Shown in pieces: positions 24,501-35,539 of a stretch of DNA of 64,000 bases (its first letter is position 1; the number at the start of each line of letters is the position of its first letter). The stretch lies in assembly GCA_030390025.1 (NCBI GenBank), contig CM059431.1, forward strand, positions 101,434,001-101,498,000. The letters are read 5' to 3'. The stretch comes from Squalus acanthias (Eukaryota). The notes under the pieces were generated by a model. It worked only from the letters and a program-made list of their open reading frames with translations, had not been told where the DNA came from and ran no database searches. Position numbers and translations under genes: made by a program.

Positions 24501-25040
24501 GGTAACATCTTCAGGCCGTTCCTTTCCTTTAGGGAGAGATAGTCTGAACCTTTAGACCCAATTAAGTCTTATAGGATTCGGCTATCTCTAACTTTAGTTG
24601 AAGGGGAACGTCTGGGGAATACGCCTGATCTGGGGTAGCCCAAGAAGGGCTAGGACTTGTAATTATCCCTTCACTATCTCGCTGGTAAATACTGAAGCAA
24701 AGTAATTATTTAATATCGCTGCCATCTCTCTATTGCTGCCTGTGGTATTATCCTCTCCATCTCTTAGTGGCCCTATTCCCATCCTAACCTTCCTTTTTTT
24801 TTATTTATGTGGCTATAAAATATTTTACTATTTTGTTTTATGTTCCTTGATAATTTAATTTCATACTTCCTCTTTGCCTTCCTAATTGTTTTTTTTGACT
24901 TCTCTCCTAATCCCTTCATATTCTCCCTTATCATGCTCTCCCTTGCTGTCCATGCACTTAATGGATGCCTCTTTCCTTACCCTCAATTTTTCCCTTAAAA
25001 GATTCTATGTTTTTTTTGCCTACACAGATCTATCCAGGAA
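21575..25040 (-). mobile_element. CR1 LINE (~2 kb of RT region) interrupted by a solo LTR
   Basis: Minus ORFs: [67 protein letters not shown]. Confidence 0.92.
23243..24673 (+). mobile_element. Solo LTR (1431 bp) of an ERV or LTR retrotransposon
   Basis: Begins TGTAAAGGA and ends TCCCTTCA. 4-bp TSD CTAT at 23239-23242 and 24674-24677, and the CR1 rejoins when it is removed. TATAAAA at 24038 and AATAAA at 24323. Confidence 0.85.
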
Positions 25041-25299
25041 CTCATTACATACATTAATCACTCTTTGAAGGAAAGCTTCCAGACGCCTGCCCTAAATGTG
25101 TCGTTTAGTAGCTTGAACCCGAGTCCCCCTTATCCTACTCTCACAATTTAGTTCGAAGTCGTTTTCCAGATTTACCTTTTTCAGACCATTAACTCTCTTC
25201 TCCACCTCTATACGATCACCTATCAGGCGCCTCCTTTGAAGGTTGAAAATCCAGTCTTTGCTCATAAATCAGTCCACGCTCAACCTTGTGGCTCTCAAC

Positions 25300-25480
25300 C
25301 AACACCACTAAAACAGGTCATTATCACATTGCTGTTTGTGGGATCTTGCTGTGCGCAAAGTGGCTGCCGCGTTTCCTGCATTACAACAGTGACTACACTT
25401 CAAAAGTACTTCATTGGCTATAAAGCGCTTTGGGACGTCCTGAGGTCGTGAAAGGCGCTGTAGAAATGCAAGTCCCTTTT
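25300..25480 (+). mobile_element. SacSINE1-like SINE 3' part
   Basis: Central domain and L2-like tail. Confidence 0.8.
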
Positions 25481-25849
25481 TTTTTTACTTAAAGCCAAAA
25501 ATAAAGTCTGTTAGTGATACTTTCGAAAACATGAGACGAATCCTTTGGCGATACAGGATATATTCAGTAGCTAAAGAAATCTAAAGGAAAATGTTCTTTT
25601 ATCCTGGGCATGTTATCAAAGTTTACTTGAATACAAGAGCCAGTGAAGATATTCTCCAGGGAGTGTAGGCTCGCCACAGAGATTAGTCTAAAATACAGAT
25701 GTTGGAATATCTGAAGAACAAATGACCCAAAAAATGTAGCACTCGCTTCCTCAAAAGAAGTCTATGACATTGCTCAGGTAAGATCTACTGCTTCTAAAGT
25801 AGTGTCTATAGTAATTTATTTACTTATTTACCTATAACATAGAATCTAA

Positions 25850-26298
25850 AAAGAAAGAATTGCATTTATACAGCGCCTTTCATAACCACCGGACGTCCCA
25901 AAGGACTTTACAGCCAATGAAGTACTTTTGAAGTGTGGTCACTGTTGTAATGTAGGAAACGAGGCAGCCAATTTGTACACAGCAAGCTCCCACACACAGC
26001 AATGTGGTAATGACCCGATAATCTGTTTTAATGATGTTGGTTGAGGGATAAATATTGGTGAGAACTCCCCTGCTCTTCAAAATAGCTCCATGGGATCTTT
26101 TACGTCCACCGGAGAGGGCAGATGGGGCCTCGGTTTAACGTCTCATCTGAAAGATGGCACCTCTGACAGTGCGGCGCTCCCTCAGTACTGCACTGGAGTG
26201 TCAGCCTAGATTTTTGTGCTCAAGTCTCTGGAGCGGGATTGTAACCCACAACCTTCTGACTCAGAGGCGAGGGTGCTACCCACTGAGCCACAGCTGAC
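25850..26298 (-). mobile_element. SacSINE1-like SINE, full length
   Basis: Reverse complement of the consensus. Confidence 0.85.
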
Positions 26299-26299
26299 A

Positions 26300-26770
26300 C
26301 TGTACAGCACAGAAACAGGCCATTTGGCCCAACTGGTCCTGTGCTGGTGTTTATGCTCCACACGAGCCTCCTCCCACCCCTCTTCATCTCACCTTATTGA
26401 CATAACCTTCTATTCCTTTCTCTCTCATGTGTTTATCAAGCTTCCCCTTAAATGCATCTACGCTATTCACCTCAACCACTCCCTGTGGTAGCGAGTTCCA
26501 CATTCTCCCCACTCTCTGGGTAAAGAAGTTTCGCCTGAATCCCCTATTGGATTTATTACTGATAGTCTTATATTTATGGCCCCTAGTTCTGGACTCCCCC
26601 ACAAGTGGAAAAAGCAGCAGGTACTCTTCGATCTTGTTTCTGATCATCGATTCTGTTAGTTTTCTGATTACTGAAGTCAGGCTAATGGCCCCTATATTGT
26701 CAGGTATCGCCCAGTCACATTTCTTAAATTTTGGAATTATATTCGCCCATTTCCCATTTGCATGGGAGCA
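26300..26770 (-). mobile_element. CR1 fragments (young 3' end plus older RT piece)
   Basis: FPLVGESRTRGH...FFTQRV and WANIIPKFKK...ISLTSV. Confidence 0.8.
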
Positions 26771-26894
26771 AAACTGATCTGTAAAAACCAAGGATATTTT
26801 ATCCATTTCATTTTTGAATGGGTAAAAATTAGTTCGTGCCTTGCACAGAAAGTAACACCTGTTACTTTCCTGCTCCTTTAAACATGTAAAACTA

Positions 26895-27517
26895 AAGCAA
26901 AGTCTGAAATAAAGACAGAAAATGCTGGAAACACTCAGCAGGTCAGGCAGCATCTGTGGAGAGAGAGAGAGAGAGAGAGAGAAACACACCTCCGTTCAGT
27001 TCGCAAGCATGACCCTGAGCTTCTGGTCACTTGCCACTTTAATTCCCCCTCCCGCTCCCACCTCTCTGTCCTCAGCCTCCTACACTATTCCAATGTAGCT
27101 TAATGCAAGCTCGAGGAACAACAATTAGGCACTTTACAGCCTTCCGGCCTCAACATTGAGTTCAACAACTTCAGAGCATAACCACTGCTCTCACTTTCTC
27201 GGACAGCAGGTGCTGGTAATGGTTCTTGCTGTAACCATTTACACCTCCTCTTTTGTTTCTTTACTTGTCCCATTACCACCCCCTTTTGCCTCGCACCATC
27301 ACCCCTTGTGTCATTTAATCTCTTTTGTTCTTTCCTCCCTCGCTCCCTACTCCCCCCCACCCTTTTCCCCTGCCTCTGTACTCGCTTATAAATTGATAAA
27401 TCTCTAACTTCTTCCAGTTCTGACGAAAGTTCATCGACCTGAAACGTTAACTCTCTGTCTCTCTGCACAGAGGCTGCCTGACCTGCTGAGTGTTTCCAGC
27501 ATTTTCTGTTTTTATTC
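26895..27517 (+). mobile_element. Penelope-like element 3' end with inverted 5' pLTR piece
   Basis: GIY-YIG C-terminal remnant (CHFNSP...LQPSGLNIEFNNF) and pLTR with hammerhead. 26905-26985 is inverted relative to 27453-27515. Confidence 0.85.
27416..27452 (+). ncRNA. Minimal hammerhead motif (PLE family A, one stem-II mismatch)
   Basis: agtt-CTGACGA-a-agttc[atc]gacct-GAAA-cg-TT-aact. Confidence 0.65.
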
Positions 27518-27851
27518 CTCTATACGTGTCTTCAGTTAGTCTGAATCATGATTAAACTTGACATTAGGTGGTCTAACTAACATGTGGTTTTATATACACA
27601 TTTCTTCCACAGATAACCATACTGTGGGCAGGCGCTCTGCAATCACCCACAGAGGAAATTAAGTCACGACAAGCAGAGGTTCCACCCTACATTAAAATTA
27701 ATTCTTTAAATAGTTTAGCAAACACCAGTCACGTAAAGACATAGATATCAGATTTTCAGTTGTATCTTGTGCGTCTATATTTATATAATGCATTATAGAA
27801 TCACAGAATGGTTACAGCACAGAAGGAGGCCATTCGGCCCGTGCCGACTTT

Positions 27852-29040
27852 AATAAGAACATAAGAAATAGGAGCTGGAGTCGGCCATTCGGCCCCTCGA
27901 GCCTGCTCTGCCATTCAATAAGATCATGGCTGATCTTCTACCTCATCTCCGCTTTCCTGCACTATCCCCATATCCCTTGATTCCATTAGTATCCAAAAAT
28001 CTATCGATCTCTGTCTTGAATATACTCAAAGACTCAGCATTCACAGCCCTCTGGGGTAGAGAATTCCAAAGATTCACCACCCTCTGAGTGAAGAAATTTC
28101 TCCTCATCTCAGTCCTAAATGGCCGACCCCTTATTCTGAGACTGTGACCCCTGGTTCTAGACTCCCCAGCAAGGGGAAACATCCTCCCTGCATCTACCCT
28201 GTCAAGCCCTGTAAGAATTTTGTATGTTTCAATGAGATCACCTCTCATTCTTCTAAACTCTAGAGAATATAGGCCTAGTCTACTCAGTCTCTCCTCATAG
28301 GACAATCCCCCCATCCCAGGAATCAGTCTGGTGAACCTTCGTTTCACTCCCTCTATGGCAAGTATATCCTTCCTTAGGTAAGGAGACCAAAACTGTACAC
28401 AATACTCCAGGTGTGGTCTCACCAGGGCCCTAAATAATTGCAGTAAGACGTCTTTACTCTTATACGCAAATCCTCTTGTAATAAAGGCCAACATACTATT
28501 TGCTTTCTTAATTGCTTGCTGTACCTGCATGTTAACTTTCAGTGATTCGTGTACAAGGACACCCAGGTCCCGCTGAACACCAACATTTCCCAATCTCTCA
28601 CCAAAAATACTGCTTTTCTATTTTTCCTACCAAAGTGGATAACTTCACATTTCTCCACATTATATTCCATTTGCCATGTTCTTGCCCACTCACTTAGCCT
28701 GTCTATATCCCCTTAAAGCCTCTTTGCATCCTCCTCACAACTTACATTCCCACCTCGCTTTGTATCATCAGCAAACTTGGATATATTAAATTTGGTCCCC
28801 TCATCCAAATCATTGATGTAGATTGTGCATCGCTGAGGCCCAAGCACTGATCCTTGCGGTACCCCACTAGTTACAGCCTGCCAACCCGAAAATGACCCAT
28901 TTATTCCTACTCTGTTTTCTGTCCGTTAACCAATCCTCAACCCATGCTAGTATATTACCCCCAATCCCATGAGCCCTCATTTTGTTTAATAACCTCTTGT
29001 GTGGCACCTCATCAAATGCCTTCTGAAAATCCAAATATAC
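27852..29040 (-). mobile_element. CR1 LINE 5'-truncated (RT C-terminus + 3' UTR)
   Basis: YLDFQKAFD...; VQRDLGVLVH...[13 protein letters not shown]...FFTQRVVNLWNSLP. Confidence 0.93.
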
Positions 29041-29044
29041 TAAA

Positions 29045-29448
29045 AGAAAGACTTGCATTTCTATAGCGCCTTTCATGACCTCAGGACATCCCAAAGCGTT
29101 TACAGCCAATGAAGTACTTTTTGAAGTGTAGTCACTGTTGTAATGTAGAAAACGTGGCAGCCAATTTGTGCACAGCAAGCTCCCACAAACCGCAATGAGA
29201 TAATGACCAGATAATTAGTTTTAGTGATGTTGGCAGGACACCGGGGTGAACTCCCCTGCTCTTCTTCGAAATAGTGCCGTGGGATCTTTTACCTCTATCT
29301 GAGAGGGCAGATGGGGCCTCAGTTTAACTACTCTTCCAAAAGACGGCACCTCCGACAGTGCAGCACTCCCTCAGCACTGGAGTGTCAGCCTAGGTTTTCG
29401 TGCTCAAAACTCTGGAGTGGGACTTGAACCCACAACCTTCTGACTCGG
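29045..29448 (-). mobile_element. SacSINE1-like SINE
   Basis: Reverse complement of the consensus. Confidence 0.85.
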
Positions 29449-30051
29449 AATAAAACTCCGCTGAGACACAGTACAAGTCCAGACACAGGATGATCCATGG
29501 AAGGATTTTAAACACAAATATATTGGGCCAGCATTTATTGTAAAAGTAACGGTGAGGTTAATGGCACTCAACGTTACTTATTCGCAAATCGGACAGCAAC
29601 TTCCGGCGAAGGCAGGTTCGCAGTTAAACAAGATCCGGAAGTTGCTGCCCGGGTTGTGCCGCTCCACCATTAGCTGCGCGAAAACAACATCTCGCTGTCT
29701 GGCTCACCATTCAAATGTATTGAACAGTGTGAGGTTCCTGTACTTGCACTGCAGATACGGACTAAACTCGCCAAAGAAAGTTAGGGCTTGTCCATGTCAG
29801 TCTAAGTACCATTTTAAACAGCGCGATAAGTCCTAATTACTGCCAAATAATCTCTCTGGAAGTGAACTTTTACAAGTGTGGAGTCTCATTCCTTCAGTTT
29901 TTAACTGTTGGAGAGTTTCTTAAAAAAGAAAATTTAATGTTTTTACTTTTCCTTCCTGTCTCTTTTCTCTCTTAAACCGATCTTTCTTTCCCTATCTTTA
30001 TTCTGCTTTCTGTATCTGATTGGACATTGAATTCAATATTCTAATTGACTC

Positions 30052-30471
30052 ATAACCTCAGCCCCTATCATATATATATTTTTTTGTTTGTGTTTTCTTT
30101 TCTTCTCTCCCACATGGCAGCTGTCTTTCATTCTGCCAGCGCAATTTACACTTCATCTAGAGCCATCCTTTGTTTCTTAACCTGTCCCATTACCATCTCC
30201 TTTTGCCTTGAATGTCTCCTAACCTCTCCTGCATTCTATCCTATCACAGACCTTCCCTTTTGTTCTTTCATCCCCTCCCCGCCTTTCCCAGCCCCTACAT
30301 TTGCTTAAAGATCTGTTCCATTTCCTGCTTTTTTCCAGTTCTGACGAAAGGTCATCGACCTGAAACGTTAGCTCTGTTTCTCTCTTCACAGATGCTGCCT
30401 GACCTGTTGAGTATCTCCAGCACTTTCGGTTTATATCTCAGATTTCCAGCATCTGCAGTATTTTCTTTTTG
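30052..30471 (+). mobile_element. Solo pLTR-like Penelope insertion (420 bp, no ORF) with 13-bp TSD
   Basis: TSD ttctaattgactc at 30039-30051 and 30472-30484. Colinear with the non-coding 3' part of the PLE at 30750-31630. Confidence 0.85.
30337..30373 (+). ncRNA. Minimal hammerhead motif (PLE family A)
   Basis: agtt-CTGACGA-a-aggtc[atc]gacct-GAAA-cg-TT-agct. Confidence 0.75.
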
Positions 30472-30749
30472 TTCTAATTGACTCTTCCTGGTTCAGACTC
30501 TGCGCTGCTCATTAACAATTCTTCAATCTGATTGGTTAAGGAGTTAAACAGTTGCTTGCCCTGTTCACACAGGTCTCCGGTGCCCTGTAGGGGGGCGCTG
30601 TGCCGTTTGGATCTCCCACTTGCAGCAACTTGCCATGCAAATGTCTAACAAATGGCTCGCTGGCTGCAGTAAAATATGGTGGGAAAAACTCAATGTGTTA
30701 TAAGCCACACCTTTGTAATTGAATGGTAAACAGTTATTATTTGCCCAAA

Positions 30750-31630
30750 ATAACAACAGAAAACGCTGGAAAAACTCAGCAGGCCAGGCAGCATCCGTGG
30801 AGAGAGAAACAGAGTTAACGTTTCAGGTCGAAGACCTTTCGTCAGAACTGGAAAAAAGCAGGAAATGTAATAGATTTAAAGCAAGGATAAAGCTGGGAAA
30901 AGGGGGAGGGGATGAAAGAACAAAAGGAGAGATTAAGAGACATTGAGAGACATTAAGAGATGATCAAGGCAAGAGGAGGTGTTAATGTGACAGATTGAGG
31001 CTAAATGAAGTGTGAAATGCACTGGCAGAATGAAGGACAGCTGCCAGCTTCTGGGAGGAAAAAAAAGGGGGGCCAAACAAAAGGGTGGATGAAAAAATAA
31101 AATATAAATGTGATAGGGGCCGAGGTTATGATCTAAAATTGTTGAACTCGATGTTGAGTCCAGAGGGCTGTAAAGTGCCTAAACGAAAGATGAGGTGCTG
31201 TTCCTCGAGCTTACGCTGCGCTTCCGTGGAACAGTGTAATAGGCCGAGGACGGTGAGGTCAGAGTGGGAGTGGAGCGGAGAATTAAAGTGACAGGCCACC
31301 GGGAGCTCGGGGTCCCCCTTACGGACTGAACGGAGGTGTTCCGCAAAGCGGTCACCCAATCTGCGTTTGGTCTCCCCAATGTAGAGGAGACCACATCGTG
31401 AGCAGCGAATACAGTATACTAAATTGCAGGAAGTACAAGTAAATCACTGTTTCACCTGGAAGGGGTGTTTGGGGCCCTGGACAGTGGGAAGAGGGGAGGT
31501 ATAAGGGCATGTGTTGCATCTCCTGCGCTTGCACAGGAAGGTGCCGGGCGAAGGGGAAGGGGTGTTGGGGGTGGTAGAGGAGTGGACTAGGGTGTCGCGG
31601 AGGGAGCGGTCCCTGCGGAATGTTGAAAGA
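30750..31630 (-). mobile_element. Penelope-like element (Neptune-like Cys linker), 5'-truncated, GIY-YIG endonuclease remnant + pLTR
   Basis: Minus-strand translation: FRRDRSLRDTLV...CKRRRCNTCPY...Q*FTCTSCNLVYCIRCSRCGLLYIGETKRRLGDRFAEH...HFNS...RKLEEQHLIFRLGTLQPSGLN. Confidence 0.92.
30813..30849 (-). ncRNA. Minimal hammerhead motif (family A), sense to UBAC2 pre-mRNA
   Basis: Reverse complement: agtt-CTGACGA-a-aggtc[ttc]gacct-GAAA-cg-TT-aact, with perfect stems. Confidence 0.8.
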
Positions 31631-31794
31631 CTGATTTGCCCAATATTGGCGTGGTTGGCGTTAGTGGTGGGGACTGTATCTTAAATCTGTGTCCTCTGGT
31701 TACTGACCCTCCTGCCACTGGAAACAGTATCTCCTTATTCACTCAATCAAAACCCCTCATAATTTTACTGATTATGATCTAAAATACAGATAAC

Positions 31795-32075
31795 CACTTG
31801 CATTTATATAGCGCCTTTAAAGCAGTAAAACGTCCCAAGGCGCTTCACCAGAGTAATTAACAAACAAAATTTGACACGAGCCACATAAGGAGATATTAGG
31901 ACTCTTGGTCAAAAAGTTGGTTTTAAGGAGCATCTTAAAGTAGGAGAGAGAGGTGGAGAGGTTTAGGGAGGGAATTCCAGAGCTCGGGGCCCAGACACTG
32001 AAGGCACGGCCGCCAATGGTGGAGCGATTATAATCAGGGGGGAGCTCAAGAGGCCAAAATTAGAGGAGGCCGAGA
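31795..32075 (-). mobile_element. L2 3' fragment
   Basis: L2 tail and gaaggcacggccgccaatggtggagcg motif. Confidence 0.85.
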
Positions 32076-32384
32076 GCTGGGGGGGAGGTTAAAGGTCAAT
32101 GTCATGACGACTTGCCAGCCGGGACCTGGAGTCTCAGCGGCTGAACATCGCAAACACCGGCTACCCCGCGGACTGTCCCCCGCGGTTCAACCCTCGCTTC
32201 CCGCTGACCCCGCGGTGAGAGAGAGAGACAAAGAGAGAGAGGGAGGGTGAGGAGAGGCCTGGTGTTTTAGGCCGCGCTCTCTCTCTCCGGTTTCCGGAGG
32301 CCCAGAAGCAGCGGCTCCACCTCCACCCCGGCTCCCGACCACACCGCCTCCCCCTCATCGCTTCCCGCCACCCCCGGTACTCAC

Positions 32385-32415
32385 ACAGGCCGCTGGAGCC
32401 GGTACCGGAGAACAT
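32385..32415 (-). CDS. UBAC2: UBAC2 coding exon 1 (MFSGTGSSGL, 31 nt)
   Basis: Minus strand reads ATG TTC TCC GGT ACC GGC TCC AGC GGC CTG T followed by the donor GTGAGT (32384-32379). It matches the vertebrate UBAC2 N-terminus as I recall it (MFTSTGSSGLYKAPLSKSL) and lies in a CpG island. Confidence 0.95.
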
Positions 32416-32419
32416 CCTC

Positions 32420-33240
32420 CCCGCCCACTGACCGGGCCCCGCCACGCCCCCAGAGAGCCCCGCCCGGGCCCCGCCCCGCCACCAGAGAGAGCCCCGCCCA
32501 CTGCACGGGCCCCGGCCCGCCCCCAGAGCCAGCCCCGCCCACTGCCCGGGCCCCGCCCCCAGAGCCAGCCCCGCCCACTGCCCGGGCCCCGCCCCCAGAG
32601 CCGGCCCCACCCCCAGAGCCAGCCCCGCCCACTGCCCGGGCCACGCCCCCAGAGACAACACCGAGCCAGCCCCGCCCACTGCCCGGGCCCCGCCCCCGAA
32701 ACCAGCCCCGCCCGGGCCCCGCCCCCAGAGCCAGCCCTGCCTGGGCCCCGCTCCCAGAGCCAGCCCCGCCCACCGCCCGAGCCCCACCCCCAGAACCAGC
32801 CCCGCCCGGGCCCCGCCCCCAGAACCAGCCCCGGGCCCCGCCCCCAGCACCAGCCCCGCCCCCACCGCCCGGGCCCCGTCCCCAGAGCCAGCCCCGGGCC
32901 CCGCACCCAGAGCCAGCCCCGCCCACCGCCCGGGCCCCGCCCCCAGAGCCAGCCCCGGCCACTGCCGGGGCCCCGCCCCCAGAACCAGCCCCGCCCACTG
33001 CCTGGACCCCGCCCCCAGAGCCAGCCCTGGGCCCCGCCCCCAGAGCCAGCCGGGCCCCACCCCCAGAGCCGGCCCCGCCCACTGCCCGGGCTACGCGCCC
33101 ACCCACCAGCCACGCCCACTGCCCGGGCCACGCCCCCACCCACTGCCCGGCCACGCCCCCAGCCCTGCCTGGGCCACGCCCCCACTTCCAGCCCCGCCCG
33201 CTGCCAGGGCCACGCCCCCACCTGCAGCCCCGCCCACTCA
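32420..33240. repeat. GC-rich imperfect minisatellite (unit about 28-37 bp, e.g. gccccgcccccagagccagccccgcccactgcccggg)
   Basis: Modules cccagagccagccccgccc and actgcccgggccccgccc recur throughout the interval. Confidence 0.85.
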
Positions 33241-33339
33241 CTCACTGGGAACAACAGTTCAATCAAATTCAATGAACAATTATCTAAAGTTGGAACCATT
33301 CCCTCAAACAGCCTCTGTGCTGTTTATGTACAAGTTATG

Positions 33340-34165
33340 TACAAGACCTGGACGACATTCAGGCTTGGGCTGATAAGTGGCTGGTAACATTTGCGCCACA
33401 CAAGTGCCAGGCAATGACTATCTCCAACAAGCGAGAGTCTAACCACCGCCCCTTGACATTCAATGGCATTACCATCGCCAAATCCCCCACCATCAACATC
33501 CTGGGGGGTCACCATTGACCAGAAACTTAACTGGAGCAGCCACATAAATACTGTGGCTACAAGAGTAGGTCAGAGGCTGGGTATTCTGTGGCGAGTGTCT
33601 CACCTCCTGACTCCCCAAAGCCTTTCCACCATCTACAAGGCACAAGTCAGGAGTGTGATGGAATACTCTCCACTTGCCTGGATGAGTGCAGCTCCAACAA
33701 CACTCAAGAAGCTCGACACCATCCAGGACAAAGCAGCCCGCTTGATTGGCACCCCATCCACCACCTTAAACATTCACTGTCCCTCCACCACCAGCGCACC
33801 ATGGCTGCAGTGTGTACCATCTACAAGATGCACTGCAGCAACTCGCCAAGGCTTCTTCGACAGCACCTCCCAAACCCGCGACCTCTTCCACCTAGTAGGA
33901 CAAGGGCAGCAGGCGCATGGAAACACCACCACCTCCAAGGTCCCCTCCAAGTCACACACCATCCTGATTTAGAAGTATATCGGCCGATCCTTCATCGTCG
34001 CTGGGTCAAAATCCTGGAACTCCCTACCTAACAGCACTGTGGGCATACCTTCACCACTCGGACTGCAGCGGTTCAAGAAGGCGGCTCACCACCACCTTCT
34101 CAAGGGCAATTAGGGATGGGCAATAAATGCTGGCCTTCCCAGCGACGCCCAAATGCTATAAACGA
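33340..34165 (+). mobile_element. CR1-group LINE 3' fragment (same family as 10840-11610)
   Basis: GVTIDQKLNWSSHINTV...IYKAQVRSVMEYSPLAW...IQDKAARLIG. Confidence 0.88.
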
Positions 34166-34471
34166 ATTTTTAAAAGTTCGTGATTATTAATAATTGCAAA
34201 GTGAGCTGCTTCTGCTCCAGTGCTCTGAGATGTGAAACTTTATTGAGGATAATTCTGCTCGAAGGTGCTGGCAAAGCTGATCTTTGTTGGGAAGGCAAAG
34301 GAACCTGCATCAAACTCTCTTACTCATTCTTTGGATGTGAGGCAAAAGGAGATGTTCGGAAGGGTCGGTCAAAGAAGGAGGTTCTCAAATTCTTAGAAAA
34401 CATTTGGAACAATTTTGTTCCAAGCTAATCTTGTGACTCAATTGTGTAATTAGAAGGTGACAAGATTACAC

Positions 34472-34897
34472 CTTTACATCAGGACGTCCCAAAGCGTTTT
34501 ACTGCCAATGAAATATATTTGTCGTGTAGTCACTGATGTAATATAGCAGCCAATTTGCGCACAGAAAGCTCCCACAAACGGCAATGTGATAATGACCAAA
34601 TAATCTGTTTTTAGTGATGTTGGTTGAGGGATAAATATTGGCCAGAACTCCAGGGAGAACTCCCCTGCTCTTCTTCGAAATAATGCCATGGGATCTTGTT
34701 ACGTCCACCTGAGAAAGCAAACGGGGGCCTCGGTTTAACATCTCATCAGAAAGACAGCACCTCTGACAGTGCAGCGCTCCCTCCGTACTGTACTGGGAGT
34801 GTCAGCCTGGATTTTGTGTACAAGTCCCTGGAGTGGGACTTGAATCCACAATCTTCTGACTCTCTCTAATAAGAGTGCTACCCACTGAGCCACGGCT
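34472..34897 (-). mobile_element. SacSINE1-like SINE
   Basis: Consensus match; head-to-head with the 35065-35518 copy. Confidence 0.85.
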
Positions 34898-35064
34898 CTG
34901 TAAGGCTCTGGGTAATATTGCTAGCAGTTACATAATTATAATTATAATTGTATCTGGAAGTAATGAATGTTACTCTGAAATATTGAGACATGAATGTGGG
35001 AGTATGGAACGTTACACCTAACTTCAATGCTCACAACAATTTATGGAATGCTAACAATACACAT

Positions 35065-35518
35065 TGTCAGCCAGTAGCTCAGTGGGTAGCACTCTCACCT
35101 CTGAGTCAGAAGGTTGTGGGTTCAAGCCCCACTCCAGGGACCTGTACACAAAATCTAGGCTGACACTCCCAGTGCAGTACTGAGGGAGTGCTGCACTGTC
35201 AGAGGTGCCGTCTTTCTGATGAGATGCTAAACCAAGGCCCCGTCTGCTCTCTCAGGTGGATGTAAAAGATCCCATGGCACTACTTTGAAGAAGTGCAGGG
35301 GTGTCCTGGCCAATATTTATCCCTCAACCAACATCACTAAAACAGATTATCTGGTCATTTATCTCATTGCTGTTTGTGGGAGCTTGCTGTGCGCAAATTG
35401 GCTGCCACGATTCCTACATTACAACAGTGACTACACTTCAAAAGTACTTTATTGGCTGTAAAGTGTTTTGGAACGTCCTGAGGTCATGAAAGGCGCTATA
35501 TAAATGCAAGTTTTTCTT
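35065..35518 (+). mobile_element. SacSINE1-like SINE, full length
   Basis: Consensus match. Confidence 0.85.
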
Positions 35519-35539
35519 TATTGAGCAAGGCTGCGGTCA

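Larger units (their letters stand above)
29525..30745. mobile_element. MITE-like element (related to 58397-58971) interrupted by a PLE insertion; right end unclear
   Basis: Starts att|gggccagcattt..., with a sub-terminal hairpin gcaacttccgg/ccggaagttgc. Confidence 0.55.
1..32415 (-). other. UBAC2: UBAC2 transcription unit, partial (exons 1-3; intron 1 = 14272-32384, intron 2 = 1790-14143; continues beyond left edge)
   Basis: Three in-frame exons with canonical GT-AG junctions. No exon 4 recognised in 1-1669. Confidence 0.9.
32110..33240 (-). promoter_or_regulatory. CpG island / GC-box promoter of UBAC2
   Basis: Very high GC and CpG density spanning exon 1, with many GGGCGG/GGGGCGGGG (Sp/KLF-type) boxes directly upstream of the ATG. 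Confidence 0.8.

Noticed and set aside
25705..25790. ctgaagaacaaatgacccaaaaaatg as a hammerhead
   Set aside because: Possibly a decayed PLE remnant, but stem II and the GAAA core are not intact.
32161..33299. Long Gly/Ala/Trp-rich ORFs (286-314 aa)
   Set aside because: By-products of the GC-rich promoter minisatellite; only the 31-nt UBAC2 exon has homology and a splice donor.
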